A stretch of DNA of 62,502 nt, filler included, from Collodictyon triciliatum (GCA_043381765.1; 18 parts of 18 records of this genome joined end to end with filler, not necessarily neighbours in it); one strand, 5' to 3'; shown: positions 28,006-41,898, numbered from the whole stretch's first letter. Numbers and translations: made by a program. The notes: generated from the letters alone by a model not told the origin.

Positions 28006-31000
28006 AATATACTTGAACCCAATCAAAGTCGCTTTATCATCTGTATCTGCCCGGCCAGTAGTAGAGAGGGCTGTCCTAGATTTAGGTTGGAAAGATGTTA
28101 CGTGTTATCTATGGATTGACGGTTTATTGGAAATATATTGTTTGCCAATTTATCTAATAAGACGATTTATATGAAAGATGACGATGAATTTTTTACGTAG
28201 GTTTTCAACTTTCAGAATATATTGACGATCACGAATATTTAATCATGGACGAAATTAAAATGACTGCAAAGTTAGTCTCTTCTTTGATAATAGGTACTCA
28301 TGCAATTTCATTATGCGTGTGTCCTTTACTTCACGTAATTTACACTTGAGCATTTTCTAAAAGTAATGATATGCACATTCAATCCTTTAGCAAGAAAATT
28401 AATTTTTCACATTTGGTTTTGTTTGTGTGTTTGTTCGTTTGTTCGTTTGTTCGTTTGTTCGTTTGTTCGTTTGTTCGTTTGTTCGTTTGTTCGTTTGTTA
28501 ATGTAATTATAAGATCATGTGATAGATCTGTTTTTTATTTAAAAAACTGAGGCTGTGGAACTGTAATATTGTAGGATCTCCTATTGTGACATCATCATGG
28601 ATAGACTATATTGCATCATCAAAAATACCCTCGCTACCCAAAGCATCACGGTGGGAAAATATTATTAGATTTTTTATCAGTTATTAATATATGTACAAAA
28701 TTCTCATTTAAATGACTATTTATAGTTTACAGCATTAAATATTTTAAAAATTATAACAAGCAAATGCAAATCAGGATGATTTTTATCAAATTTTATATTT
28801 TCGAGACAATTTAGGATTTCATGTACATAATTTTGCGTAATGTAGATTTCATCCGAGATCAGATAGCTTTAACGATGCCATTTTTTCTGTGGAAAAAAGC
28901 CAGAAGCGAAAATCAGTGTTGTCTGATAAGATTGTTGTTTTTTTGAAGCCACCCACTGTTTGTCTTTTTTTTTTTATTAAAAATAAATTATTCACAAAAG
29001 GATGCTAACCAAAGAGTGAATATGAACAAAATGGGCCTTTCTTTTCTTTTTGTTCTTTTATGCCCTTTTCTTTTATTCCATGTAAGCATGGAGTATCTAA
29101 GTTTATCTCAAATAGAGTATTGAATTGTTGCGCATCATCCAAATGGTCCAAGGAAAAGTCATTATGGCATATTTGGCAAGTTTATAGTTTATTTCTGAAT
29201 TCCTTTAAACCCCTATCAATTTGCACAAGACGAGAATGTTGGCTTTGATTCATTTGCCTTTGTTTATATCCTATTGCGTCCTTTAATTGTTGCTGCCTGT
29301 TTGAATTTTTTTTTTTTAAAAAGAAAATCAAGTAAAATGACTGAAATTTGACAGGAGACCAGCAAACAAGACATCTTACAACGCTTCAGGCCTAATGATT
29401 TGCTACTAATACTCCCATTCGGTATGGCCATTGAGAAACCTTTCACAATCGAAAACTGCATACATGCTTTTAAGGCAGCGGAAAAAGCATATCATGGAGA
29501 CCATTCAGCTGTTCTGGAAAAATGGCTACACTATCTGTCAGAAAATGGAGCTCGTTTCATTCATGAAATGGAAATAATGTTTGCAATCCTTGATGCATCA
29601 ACCAATAGCTATGCTAATCCGTATACAAGTCAGATTTGATCAAATACATTTATTCAGACATTCATGAAATGGTTCTCTTTTCGCTCTTTCCTATGATTTT
29701 TTTAACTGAACACTCGAATTTTATCATTAGAGGCAAATAACTTCGAAGAAGTTCGATTGCAAAAACCAGCCTACACTTATGGTCCCTCCATTAGCGTGAA
29801 AAAAGATAAGCAAACTCCTAAAGTATATCTCATTTACAATACTCACATATAACAACTAGCTGTGACGGTTGTTTTTTAAAACCACAACTCTCATATGATA
29901 CGGATTATTAATGAGGCAATGGTCGCAGGGAGTCAATGGGGCATCAGAATCGCCTTCTTTAATGAGGTTTTTTTTTTCTCTTATAATGTTCTTTTGAAAT
30001 CTTGTTTCATAAAGCCGAAATTTTTATTCGTTTTAAGTGAAAAAAGGAAGGAGAATTTGCATAATAGCACGTGGAAAAAAATTCATTACTAATAATCATG
30101 TGTTCAGCTTTGAGGATTCTGTTAGCAGTGATTGCATTCATGAGAAAGATAAAAGATTAGCCATTGGAGAAGTCATGGCGGCATCAACCATGATATCTGA
30201 TAAACCAAATAAATTGAAAGGAGACTCAAGCTCTGATTCAGATTCTCACATTTCACCAATAGAGCACTTCACTGAAAGATGTAAAAAAAAAATAATCTTT
30301 TATTCAATTCAAAGTGACTGAGAGATGTAAATAATATGTTAATGTAAATAAAAGCTTTTTGACAACTTTTATTACATTCCCTTTGAGATGTATCATTTCC
30401 TAATTGTAATCGATAATTCTTGAATAATATGACAGTAAGAAGGACTGTAGTGGATAAGGATATGTGCAAGAGGCCACGAAGCGAGATTGAAAGACTCTCT
30501 ACTAATTCTGAGGAAGCTGAAGAGAACAATGAAATTTTGTTTGCTAATCCATTTAACACATTCCTTATATGTATGTTGTGTACTGTCCACGGTTTGATAA
30601 TCATGAAAAAAAAAAGGAAATCAAGTCCATCAAATGATATTCCGTTGATGAAAGGAAGAAATCCATGTAATACCTCAAACAGTGTCAATGCATCTACATC
30701 CAACCAACCTTCAAAGTCATTTCGAAAAGTTTGTAGCATTTGCTGTGCGTTTCATAATAGGAGATATCAATTAACACATTTGTTATGACATATATAATTT
30801 AATACATTTGACATAAAACCAATAAGCTATAAACTATGAATAACTATTGCGCAGTAGCATTTCTGTACTCTTTTCTCATTTTGCGGTTTGATAAGTGTAA
30901 TACAATAATCATGATAACACTACATTTTTAAAAAAAAACCTACCCCATTAATTATAATAGCAAAAAGTAACATTTAACGCGGCCCTTCCCAAGCTCCTAC

Positions 31001-31071
31001 CAACCCGGCCTACTAAGCATTCCTGCAATACTGATTTCTTCTCTGATGTTTTTGATGATTTTGAATCTCAG
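28006..31071 (+). CDS. NBS1: Nibrin/NBS1 (MRN complex); BRCT1-BRCT2 and C-terminal part, FHA domain off-contig
   Basis: Spliced IYLNPIKVALSS...VLDLG...YLIMDEIKMTAKLVSSLIIGSPIVTSSW...RKSVLSDKIVVFF...GARFIHEMEIMFAILDASTNSYANP matches the nibrin BRCT repeats. KSFRK near 30715 resembles the Mre11-binding KxFxK motif. Confidence 0.8.
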
Positions 31072-31947
31072 GTTCTGAACTGTTCTATTTTGTTGATTTT
31101 GTTTGCTGTTTTATTTTGTTTTATTTTGTTTTATTTTGTTTTATTTTGTTTTATTTTGTTTTATTTTGTTTTATTTTGTTTTATTTTGTTTTATTTTGTT
31201 TTATTTTGTTTTATTTTGTTTTATTTTGTTTTATTTTGTTTTATTTTGTTTTATTTTGTTTTATTTTGTTTTATTTTNNNNNNNNNNNNNNNNNNNNNNN
31301 NNNNNNNNNNNNNNNNNNNNNTTAATTAATTAANNNNNNNNNNNNNNNNNNNNNNNNNNNNNNNNNNNNNNNNNNNNCACATGTTACTACGGTTTGCGAA
31401 AGAGAGAACCGGCCATTTCTTGCCCCGAAGGCGGACAAAGCAGTCTTCGTCTATTTCTTTGAAGAGTTCGTTCTCAATCGCAATCCTAAATCGTGGTATT
31501 TCAGACACAAAAGATCGATCGGGAGGTTCCGTTTCCCGATGCAAGCTCGACCCTGCACGAGGCTGACTGGCGCCATCATACTTCTAGTCTCACTGAAGTC
31601 CATCGATGGTTGAATTAAACCAGCCGAGATCGAAGAGATTGATTATGATTGCAAACGATGATATGAAAATACCATTATTTTGAAGAATGATTGACAGCTT
31701 CGAAACAGTGGTCGCATATCAGATTTGAGCAGAATGACATTTTAAAAGAATATGGAATATATTAATATGCCTTGGGAATGAATGACACGATTCGGAATAT
31801 CTATTATTAAAAAAGTATAAAAAACTGAAAAATAATATAATGAATTGAAAATGTTGAAAATAAAGAAAATAATCAGAACACATTCCAATATTGTAAGTAT
31901 TTTGAGGGTATTATGCTTTATTTGATGTTTGTTCATCCATTAATTGA

Positions 31948-33988
31948 TTAATCCAACAATGGATCAGATAATCGTTTCCTATTCATCAGATTTTTCATCC
32001 TGAGCAATGTTTTCTTAATTTCGCCACCTTTGAATAAAGGAATCACAAAAGCGATTGATGTAAAATAAAGCAACCATATTGAGTTCATTCCAATAAGCAG
32101 AGCTGTAATCCACGATTGCGAGTCAAAAAGAGTCGACATGAGCGAAAGGAAGAAGGACAAAAAAATAATGTAGAGGCTGGACACCGCCATTTGATTTTCG
32201 ATTTTCGAGTTGTAAGGCTTGTATTCTTTTTGCATCCAAATTGAGCTCTAATAGTTTGTGCTTGATTTAATATTTAATACTCAAAAAATTATCTGATATT
32301 ACGTCATTGCAAAATTTTAATTAACCTGAATAACGATGATGAGAAGGACGAAGAAAACCGCTGGGCTTGTGTATGGAACGACACTGAGCACAAAGGAAAA
32401 AGCGATGCGACGTGCGATTATGACAAATTCCCAATACTTGAAGGTCTAAATAATATTAGTCTCATAAATAATTCACAATTGATAATGCAAAAAGAAAGAA
32501 CATTGAATCAAGTACCTCTTTGTATGGCAAGTAAAGGAATCCATATCGCGCTCCTGGTTCGTATCCAGGTCTTTCTGCCATGATTTTGACTTTCCACCAA
32601 ACAAAAGCAGGCAGACTGACCAAGAAAAGAACGAAAACTGGGACAGATATTGCAAGCAGTTTTTGATATTCATCCGAGGCTGGGCTGCATTGAATCCAGG
32701 GTTTGAAATTCAGATACCATCTATTCACACCTTCATCATAAACGGTGCATCCAAAAACACCAAACACTTCCCTTGCAACCGAGTAGTATATAAAAAACAG
32801 AAGATTCAAGGTGATGTAAACGACCTGCCAAAATAATTTAGTACTACTTTAGATGAAACTGAAACTAAGATAAATATTTTACAATTGAATGTGTTTTTTA
32901 TCTTTACTTTGTTCTGCTTGTATCCATATCCGAAATAGTACGTGACTGAGCCAATAATGATAAAGATTGGTATTCTTGCAAAACTGAACATCAGAGATAC
33001 AAACACATCGTCTACTCCAAGCACACAGGAAAGGTTAGGAAATTGGATTGAGCCAATGGACCATAAGATATCAATAAAGCTGTTTGCATCCTCTGAAAGA
33101 GTGATTCCACTGGACACAATCGACAGTGTTTGCATGTGGAACATGACTATCCTGAGTTTTGCTTAACAAAAATATTCTGATTAATATATGAATAATGAAT
33201 ATGAAAATAATTTAATGACATTTACCTGATTTCGATGTCTCTGTGAAATACAGATAGCAAATGAACATAAATAGTCCAATCGAACCAAGAATCAGGGTTG
33301 AATAAATCGATCCTTTATCACATTTCACACACGACCTGCCTTGATTTCCGTATCCATCCTGACATTTTGAACAGGCATTACCTACATAACCCTCCTGGCA
33401 CAGGTCTGTGATTTTGACTGTTGTACTTGAATTTGAAATTTTCTCTGGAATCGATACATCACATGACTTGCGACGTGGACATGGCGGTATTAATTTCACA
33501 GACCTGACGCTTGGTGAAGCATGGCAGAATTTCAAGGACGTTCCATCAAGGCAATCCCATCCTCTTGGGCATTGAGCGCAATTATTTCCAAAACCCAAAA
33601 TAACCAGGCAAGCATTTACAAAATTCGAAGTCATAGTATTCTGGATTCAAGTCAACCTCCAACTCAATTAGACCAGATTTCGAAATAATGGAAGGACAAA
33701 GGTAGCGTTTCGTTTCATCTTGGAGATTGAAAGATGTTGTAATATTCAAAAAATCAGGAAGAAAATTAGCTGTTCCGTGATTCATGGATGTTGTATTCAA
33801 TCCCAGATACTCTAGCTTTGAAAATCCGATGTATGATTCAGGAATGCTCCCAACAATCGGATTTCCAGTGAGGTCATGGTAAGTCCATCTCAACAGGTTT
33901 GTAAGTTCATCAAGCTTAGTGATGCTGTTGTTTTTAAGACTCAAGATTTTTATATTAGTAACATAATCAAAAATCCACCAATTCAATT
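31948..33988 (-). pseudogene. LRR + Cys-rich ectodomain + multi-pass (7TM-like) receptor with a frameshift
   Basis: LRRs (LSLKNNSI, DLTGNPIVGSIP), then CKCLPGYFG / GNNCAQCPRGWDC, CQEGYVGNACSKCQDGYG, then hydrophobic exons to a stop at 31948. One extra T at ~33590-33593 breaks the frame (real lesion or homopolymer error). No in-frame 5' start. Confidence 0.7.
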
Positions 33989-34562
33989 CTTTGTTTGTTT
34001 GTTATTCAGGGGCACCCAATATAGTATGAATCATGGCCTGTGCCTGTGCCTGTGCCTTATAGGGTCAGAGCTAGGGTTGGGGCCAGCACGTGTTGTGGAA
34101 AGGCCGGATATGGCATAAATGGGCCTTATGTGGTATTAGATGGGGCCAAAGGTATGGTGCCTGGGCAAGGTAGGTAGTTTGAACAGATTCTTTTTTTTTT
34201 TTTTGTGAGGGTGGGTAAGCGGGAAAGAAGGGTGCTGTGTGCATGGGTAGCTGGGGTGTTATTATAGGACAAACAGTCACTACCGAAAATGGAAGCACAT
34301 GGTGTGGCGCGGGAGGGACACAAGGGACGCAAGACAGTACATAGGCGGCAGAGAGGATGACAAGCGAAGAAGCGCAGCATATCGAAGAAGGTGAAGAAGC
34401 AAAGGTGGTGAAGCAAGAGACACGGAAGCATGGCGTGGAAGGCAGATGGGAACAAGAGATAAAGTGCAAATATATGGCAATTGGTGTGCTGATTGATGTG
34501 GATTGAGTAGAAATGTGCAGATTGATGTGGATAGAGTAGAAATGATGAGAAACTCTCAGAAG

Positions 34563-34666
34563 TATGCAAATAAATGCAAATAAATGCAAATAAATGCAAA
34601 TAAATGCAAATAAATGCAAATAAATGCAAATAAATGCAAATAAATGCAAATAAATGCAAATAAATG
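34563..34666. repeat. (ATGCAAATAA)n 10-bp minisatellite
   Basis: About 10 units, seen directly. Confidence 0.9.
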
Positions 34667-34899
34667 TGAATAGATGTGAATTTGCGGGAAATGGCACGCA
34701 TTGATATGAGTAATGCTGTGCAAGAAAATATACAGTATATGCATAAAAAAATTAAANNNNNNNNNNNNNNNNNNNNNNNNNNNNNNNNNNNNNNNNNNNN
34801 TTAATTAATTAANNNNNNNNNNNNNNNNNNNNNNNNNNNNNNNNNNNNNNNNNNNNTGTTTTTGTGTTTGTGTTTGTGTTTGTGTTTGTGTTTGTTTCT

Positions 34900-34951
<52 letters not shown>

Positions 34952-35197
34952 TTTTTTTTTTAAAGATACACTTTATTTTAGCCCCGGTCCCCTTCAGCCC
35001 TAAAGATGGATTTTCACCAATATATGCTGGAAACATGCACCAATCCTCGGATCCATCCATCATACCGCCCATCTATAGGCTAAGGGTGATACATTCATAT
35101 TAACACCATGCTTTCTCCTTTCAAAAATTCAGAATGGCCTATTTTGACCTAAAATCACTTTTCTTTGATTCACGCGTATTTTCTTCTCACTATGTAG

Positions 35198-37063
35198 AAG
35201 TACGTATCTTGGATCAAAGAAAAAGCAGGCTCCATCGAAAATTGCAAAAGCTACTTACCGAACCTTGTTAGAAAAAGCTTGAATTCTTCCGAAGCCCATA
35301 GGCTTCCTGAGCACAGGAGGTGTACTATATTATTCGTAAGTATTACACGTATTTATTTTTGTATTTCTGAATATAAATAAAAAAAAGCATCTCAATTTTA
35401 ACTTAGCGACTATACCCTATTCAACTTTCATCCACTGTGAGATCAAGACATTATGCAATAATTCGGATGAACAATACAATATAACAATAATATGTTATAA
35501 ATGCAGATTTCTATTGTAAATATGACATTCAATTCGGTCAATGATTTGGACATGGTCCAAGTTCCTTTCTCAATAATACAAGAGCTTACCTTCGCCGCAG
35601 ACGGCTTCATTAGACAAGTTATCGTGGTATGTGTGACGGGAGAAAAGAGGAGATATTAACATCGACATATTAAAATATTAAAATATAAAAAAAATCTACG
35701 ATTTTGGTATGTCTTCCGATCATTAACCAAGTACAATTATTGATTTGTTCAGGATGATAAGGGATTTGTTGCTATAGTGGCCTTTGGACTTCCAGGATTT
35801 TCCCATGAAGGTTACTAGATGTTAATGATATGTCATAGTTTTTTTTTCAATTGAGGATTATTTATCTTTAGACCGAAACATAACTACAATTTTTTGTTGG
35901 GAGTTTTCTAAATAATCGCATGTAGATGACCCACAAAGAGGAGTTGAGTCAGCTTTGCGGATACAGAAAAAACTAGATGAAGCAGGTTCATACGTTCTCT
36001 TCCCCCTTTATTCGATTTAAAGTGGCCCATATCTTCACTTTAATATCTCTGTACGTTACGGTGCGTAATCGGATGTTCAATATCTGCTGTTTCTATTTGA
36101 ACAACACATTGTAGGGTACATTTCCAGCATTGGATGTACGACAGGTCGAGTATACTGTGGGGATGTCGGGACAATTATACGAAGGTAATCATTTTATGAC
36201 ACTATTCGAGTTAGAGGTGAACTTCGAGGTTTATTTTGTATTCACAAGTCAAATATGTATGAACGTCTTTAAATTGTATGTAAATAATACTATTAAATTT
36301 TAACGCACCCTTTCATCTTATGAACCTAACCATAGGGAGTACGCCATGGTAGGAGGTAATTTTTATATTCTATATGCAAAAGCACATGTAAATTTCAGAA
36401 AACAAAGAACCTACGTATAATGTGTAATTTACATTATACACATGAAATAAACTGTTCCATAGTTATTCCTTTTCATCATCCAAAATGATATATCAAGGAA
36501 TACTCGATATGAGCTTCTCACCCTAATTACTTTTTAATTTTAACAACTATCATCTTCAGATGCCAATCGATGAAAAATCATTAATGTTTTATTTTATTTC
36601 TCACTTTATTTTTTCTTTTTAATATTAGATACAGTCAATATGTCAGCTCATTTGATGTGTCTTAAGAAAGGGGTCATTTGTGATGCCAACACATCTCAAA
36701 TGTCGTTTCGAAATATTTGCTTTGATACTGTTCCTAACGTCAAAATTAAAGGTTTTTTCCACCACTAGTACATTCTATGTAGCAGGAATTTTTGAGTATA
36801 AAATTGAAAAGTAAATTATATTTGCATTATCATAGGAAAGCCCCACCCGATTGATGTTTTCCAACCCTCAATGATCGAAGAAGGCATAACCCCAAAACTG
36901 TCAAATATTAAACTCGGTAAGATTATGCAAGAGGTGACCTCAAACCGAAGGTCATCAAGCTTTGGAAGAACCAGGGCCATGAAAGTTTATGGAAGGGAAC
37001 ACGAAATACAAACATTCCAAAATGCATTATCACAAACCAGAGAAAATGTTTTAAGGTAAAGAT

Positions 37064-37114
<51 letters not shown>

Positions 37115-38073
37115 TTTGTCTATCTATTTATTTTTTCAACTGATAGGGAGCATTTTCAGATTAGATAACATATTTACATGATCATTTGACATGACATACC
37201 TTTTTCTCTCCAACTTGTATATATTTACACAAAACGATACTCACTATCCAAACTTTACCAGTTTCCCTTCATCAGACCAACCAGGCGATGTCGCAGGATG
37301 CAAGGTGAACATTCATTCTGGCGTAGTGGCTTGGATTAAGTTATTTCAATTTTTTTTTTTTGTATAATTGTGTATCAATCTGTCGGGCATCGTGAATATA
37401 GGTGGTGTTCCTGTTCGGTGACCCTGGAATGGGAAAATCTGTTGTTATGTCGCATCTCTTACAACGTGCTACGAGTATGAACTTTTCGGTATTGACGAGT
37501 AATGCGAATCCATTGGATGGAGTTGTTCCTTTATTCATCTGGAGGTCTATATTTGATCAGCTTTTGGGGTTGAAAAACATTCTTTCTCAATCAGATAAGG
37601 AAAAGGTTACGCTTAGCTTCAGTTTACAATCTATTCTAAATAACTGGTTGATGAAAACTCGTTGAAATTATGTCTTTCATCTTTCATCAAGGGTTATGGT
37701 AAAATACAACTGGTTGCAAACTCATTGTTGACATATTTTTATACGTATTACATTAATCTTTTGTAAGATAAATATAATCTTTATTGAAACCTTAATTTTA
37801 ACACCAGTTGGTCGAGTATTTGCATATGCCGGTTTCTCAATCAAGTGAATCCGACGAGTTGACGGCAAATCCGCACGCTGACGTTGAGATTCAAAACATC
37901 GAAAACCCTGTACCTTTGATGGAGGAATTCATGGGACTGACAGTAACATCTGCCATGAAGGATAAAATTGATCCGTCTATCCGATTCGAAATTATCCGAG
38001 TAATGCTTCGCCATTACCTCAACATGACAATACATGCACGACCTCGACTCATCGTCTTGGAGGACATTCAATG
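35198..38073 (+). CDS. ADCY10/soluble-type class III nucleotidyl cyclase (second cyclase domain) plus STAND/AAA ATPase, partial
   Basis: Exons give EHRRCTILF, RQVIVDDKGFVAIVAFGLPGFSHEDD, SIGCTTGRVYCGDVG...RREYAMVGDTVNMSAHLM, KIKGK, YGREHE, Walker A GDPGMGKS and Walker B LIVLEDIQW. Confidence 0.9.
36002..36025 (-). mobile_element. Degenerate family-A tail in a cyclase intron
   Basis: Minus strand reads CCACTTTAAATCGAATAAAGGGGG; no clear TSD. Confidence 0.5.
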
Positions 38074-38331
38074 GTTTCTATTTATCATACCCGTCTTAGA
38101 TACTATGTAAACCCATACTCAGTCTCCAGATAATTATACCACTTATACCATTTTATCTTATTTTATATTTGTCTATGTTTCTCACCATATGCCTTCTTCT
38201 TCTTCTCTTCCTTCCCTCCCACCATCCAATCNNNNNNNNNNNNNNNNNNNNNNNNNNNNNNNNNNNNNNNNNNNNTTAATTAATTAANNNNNNNNNNNNN
38301 NNNNNNNNNNNNNNNNNNNNNNNNNNNNNNN

Positions 38332-38426
<95 letters not shown>

Positions 38427-39000
38427 TAATTCTGAAAACACATTTATTACATAGAGGCAAAGTCAAGATTACTGGTGTTTGATGACCAAATAGAAAAGGT
38501 GCGCATCAGTATGAGATGTTCTTTGATACAAACGATTTAAGAGATGTTAAGTTTTAATCCAAACCAAAAATTAACAAAACGATGATAAGCAGAACTGAGT
38601 CCTTTTTTTTTTCTGGTGAGAGAACCAGTTTCACTTTTTTATTGTACTGTGTGTCCCTGTAATAACTGAATAGATATGCGACTTGTTTGAGGCACTGGAT
38701 CGCTCCATCGAGACGGTATTTGCGATTTCTTCAAAAAAGATTATCGATAACGAAGCTACGGTCCTTGGAAATGTAAGAACAAAACTCGCACTTCATTTAT
38801 CAGGATTTTTGTAACGTGCGTATATACGTATATGAAAATTAGACTCAGACATCACCTCGTGTTTTAAAAAAAAAAGTATTTTCTAAGAACAGAAATACAA
38901 CCAACCTTTATTTATGATATACGAACAACACAATCTTAATCAAATCTATACATTTCAAATCATACAGACAAGATTGCAATTCTCTACCCAAACAAAACCA

Positions 39001-40116
39001 ATGTCATACAGTGAATCTCTCCTTGCTGCAAATATCGCTAATATCACGCACATTTTGAAGAAAAAGACGCACCTAGAGTCAAAAAAGAAACAAACCGAAG
39101 GCTTCAATCAGCTCAGCTTGGTCAGTGTTGCGATGATAAGAGCATCAATTTTGCCAGCTTTTGATTCAACAGTTCTGTATGTGCCCCCACAACCAAACGC
39201 GATGACCAAATTCCCATTGACGTTTGAACTCTGCAGTACGGACCGAAATCCGGATTCATGGGTCCGCTTTGGATTCCATTGTCCCCAACGCCATGTCAAA
39301 GACCTTGTGACTCATGTTGTCATGCAAGGTGAATCTGGAGACAATCCAAATCAATTTCGATATCCCCTGGGCATAGGCGTCCACCCGACAACTGGTAACA
39401 TATATGTGGTAGAATGCGATAATCGCCGAATCAAAGTCATGAAACCAGATCTAGAGCTTGTTTCTTTGTTTGGAAAAAGCGGCTCAAATCCATCAGAGTT
39501 TCATGAACCTCGGGCCATCGCTATCTCATTGAATGGTGTCATAGCCGTGGTGGACAACTGCAATTCTCGCGTGCAAATGTTTGATAGTAGCTTTGAGCTT
39601 CGCTGTATTGTCAATGGCCAGTTTGGCGGTGCTCAAAAGTTTCGCGACCCTAGGAATATTGTTGTGGATGAAAATGGGTTCTTTTATGTTACAGACCGCA
39701 ATAATGAGCGCATCGTAAAGATATCAGAACAAGGGGTAATTGTGAGTGAAATAGGGACAAAAAGTAGCCCTGCACCGATTGGCCTCGCGTACGGAATCAC
39801 CATCAATTCAAGAAATGAGCTTTTGGCCATAGCACACGGCGGAAAAGTTGTCCGTGCCTATACATTGGATGGAGTTCATGTGCGGGATATCCAAGTGAAG
39901 CAGACTGGTAACTCTTGGCCATCCAACTATCTTGCTCGTGGTGTGGACGATGGCTTTGTTTTGGTGGATGTTGGCGGGGACAACATCATGTTTTACGACT
40001 ACGGCGGCGAGCTAGTGCATGAACTATTTGCTCCACACCCGGTGGGCGTTGTATTTGGCCTTGATAATCGCTTCTATGTTGTGGAGAATCAGAATTGTCG
40101 CATCTCGGTTTTCTAA
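39001..40116 (+). CDS. NHL-repeat (six-bladed beta-propeller) protein, intronless
   Basis: Repeats FRYPLGIGVHPTTGNIYVVECDNRRIKV, FHEPRAIAISLNGVIAVVDNCNSRVQMF and FRDPRNIVVDENGFFYVTDRNNERI. ATG at 39001 preferred; the ORF is open from 38914. Confidence 0.88.
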   Translation: MSYSESLLAANIANITHILKKKTHLESKKKQTEGFNQLSLVSVAMIRASILPAFDSTVLYVPPQPNAMTKFPLTFELCSTDRNPDSWVRFGFHCPQRHVKDLVTHVVMQGESGDNPNQFRYPLGIGVHPTTGNIYVVECDNRRIKVMKPDLELVSLFGKSGSNPSEFHEPRAIAISLNGVIAVVDNCNSRVQMFDSSFELRCIVNGQFGGAQKFRDPRNIVVDENGFFYVTDRNNERIVKISEQGVIVSEIGTKSSPAPIGLAYGITINSRNELLAIAHGGKVVRAYTLDGVHVRDIQVKQTGNSWPSNYLARGVDDGFVLVDVGGDNIMFYDYGGELVHELFAPHPVGVVFGLDNRFYVVENQNCRISVF

Positions 40117-40156
40117 AACGAAGCTGGGGCATCGTCGTTCGTTGATGTGGATGAAT

Positions 40157-40221
40157 AAAGATATCTGCAGAACCTTTGAATCGAATAAAGGAAGAAAAAA
40201 AAAAAGATATCTGCAGAACCT
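40157..40221 (+). mobile_element. Very short poly(A)-tailed insertion, family A, with a 19-bp TSD
   Basis: AAAGATATCTGCAGAACCT at 40157-40175 and 40203-40221 flanks 27 bp TTGAATCGAATAAAGGAAGAAAAAAAA. Confidence 0.88.
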
Positions 40222-40639
40222 CATGTGTAAGATACGGGGTTGCGTGCCTGTGTTTGGGCCTTAGTGCCGAAAACATGACAATGATTGCCGAATAATTGAT
40301 CAGGGTCATCAATATGAACCTTACTGACAATATTCTGTTCGTTTGAGGTGATAATCACAAAATAATTATATATTCCAATTTTGATGAATTTCAATGAAAT
40401 GCAAAACTGGTGGTGAACTTTTATGACCACGAAAGATTAATCCGCCAATTACATAGAACCTTTGCTGCTGTGTTGGGGCGCGCATGATGAGTACTTTTCC
40501 ACCAGACACGAGGAAACCGAGGAAAGAAGCAAGGAAGAGAAAGAACAAGGGAAAAGAAGAGTAAAGAGAAGAAAGGAGGGGGACTTGGGTCAACTGTTGC
40601 TTTTGCGTCAGCTGGCCACATAAATAAAAGCTTTCATCC

Positions 40640-41019
40640 ATGACTACGTAGGCAAAACAAAGCAGCCGAGTCGCCCAGTAGAAAAGAATATGGAAACCAG
40701 AGCCAGCTCGTCAAAGTACTGCTCCTTTTTTTCTATTGATATTCAACTATTCTTAATATAAAGGTTAATTCAAAGTCTTTTTATTTTTATTATTACTCAA
40801 AGTCTCGTACTCTGTCCGTAATTATCCTTTCTTTTAATTCATGTTTCTTATCTTGCTACTCTCGATCTGACTATCATCTTGCTCAGACTCAGCGGAAACC
40901 GTCTTTTTGTCGGGAATCTGAGCTACAAGACCGGCGATGAATCCTTGGAGCAGCACATGTCCTCGGCCGGCAAAGTAGTCCGTGCAGAGGTTCTGCTTCG
41001 CCACGATGGAAAGTCGAAG
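40640..41019 (+). CDS. RRM protein (Gbp2/hnRNP-M-like), 5' part
   Basis: An 8-nt first coding exon ATGACTAC|GT splices in phase to 40887, giving MTTLSGNRLFVGNLSYKT...MSSAGKVVRAEVLLRHDGKSK (RNP2 LFVGNL, leading into RNP1). Confidence 0.8.
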
Positions 41020-41167
41020 GTTTCAATTGTCTCTCTTGATACACTTCCCCCCACGTTCTGTTACTGCAACCCTCTTTTTCTTCCCTCGTTATACACGTGT
41101 CCTGCTCTACTTAATATCTGCCCTTTCTGCCTGTATTGATAGCTGAATAACTAATCTACTATTTTCC

Positions 41168-41704
<537 letters not shown>

Positions 41705-41804
41705 NNNNNNNNNNNNNNNNNNNNNNNNNNNNNNNNNNNNNNNNNNNNTTAATTAATTAANNNNNNNNNNNNNNNNNNNNNNNNNNNNNNNNNNNNNNNN
41801 NNNN

Positions 41805-41898
<94 letters not shown>

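Noticed and set aside
32027-32042. CTTTGAATAAAGGAA as another family-A copy
   Set aside because: It lies in a coding exon (IPLFKGG, minus strand), lacks the ATCG core and has no TSD.
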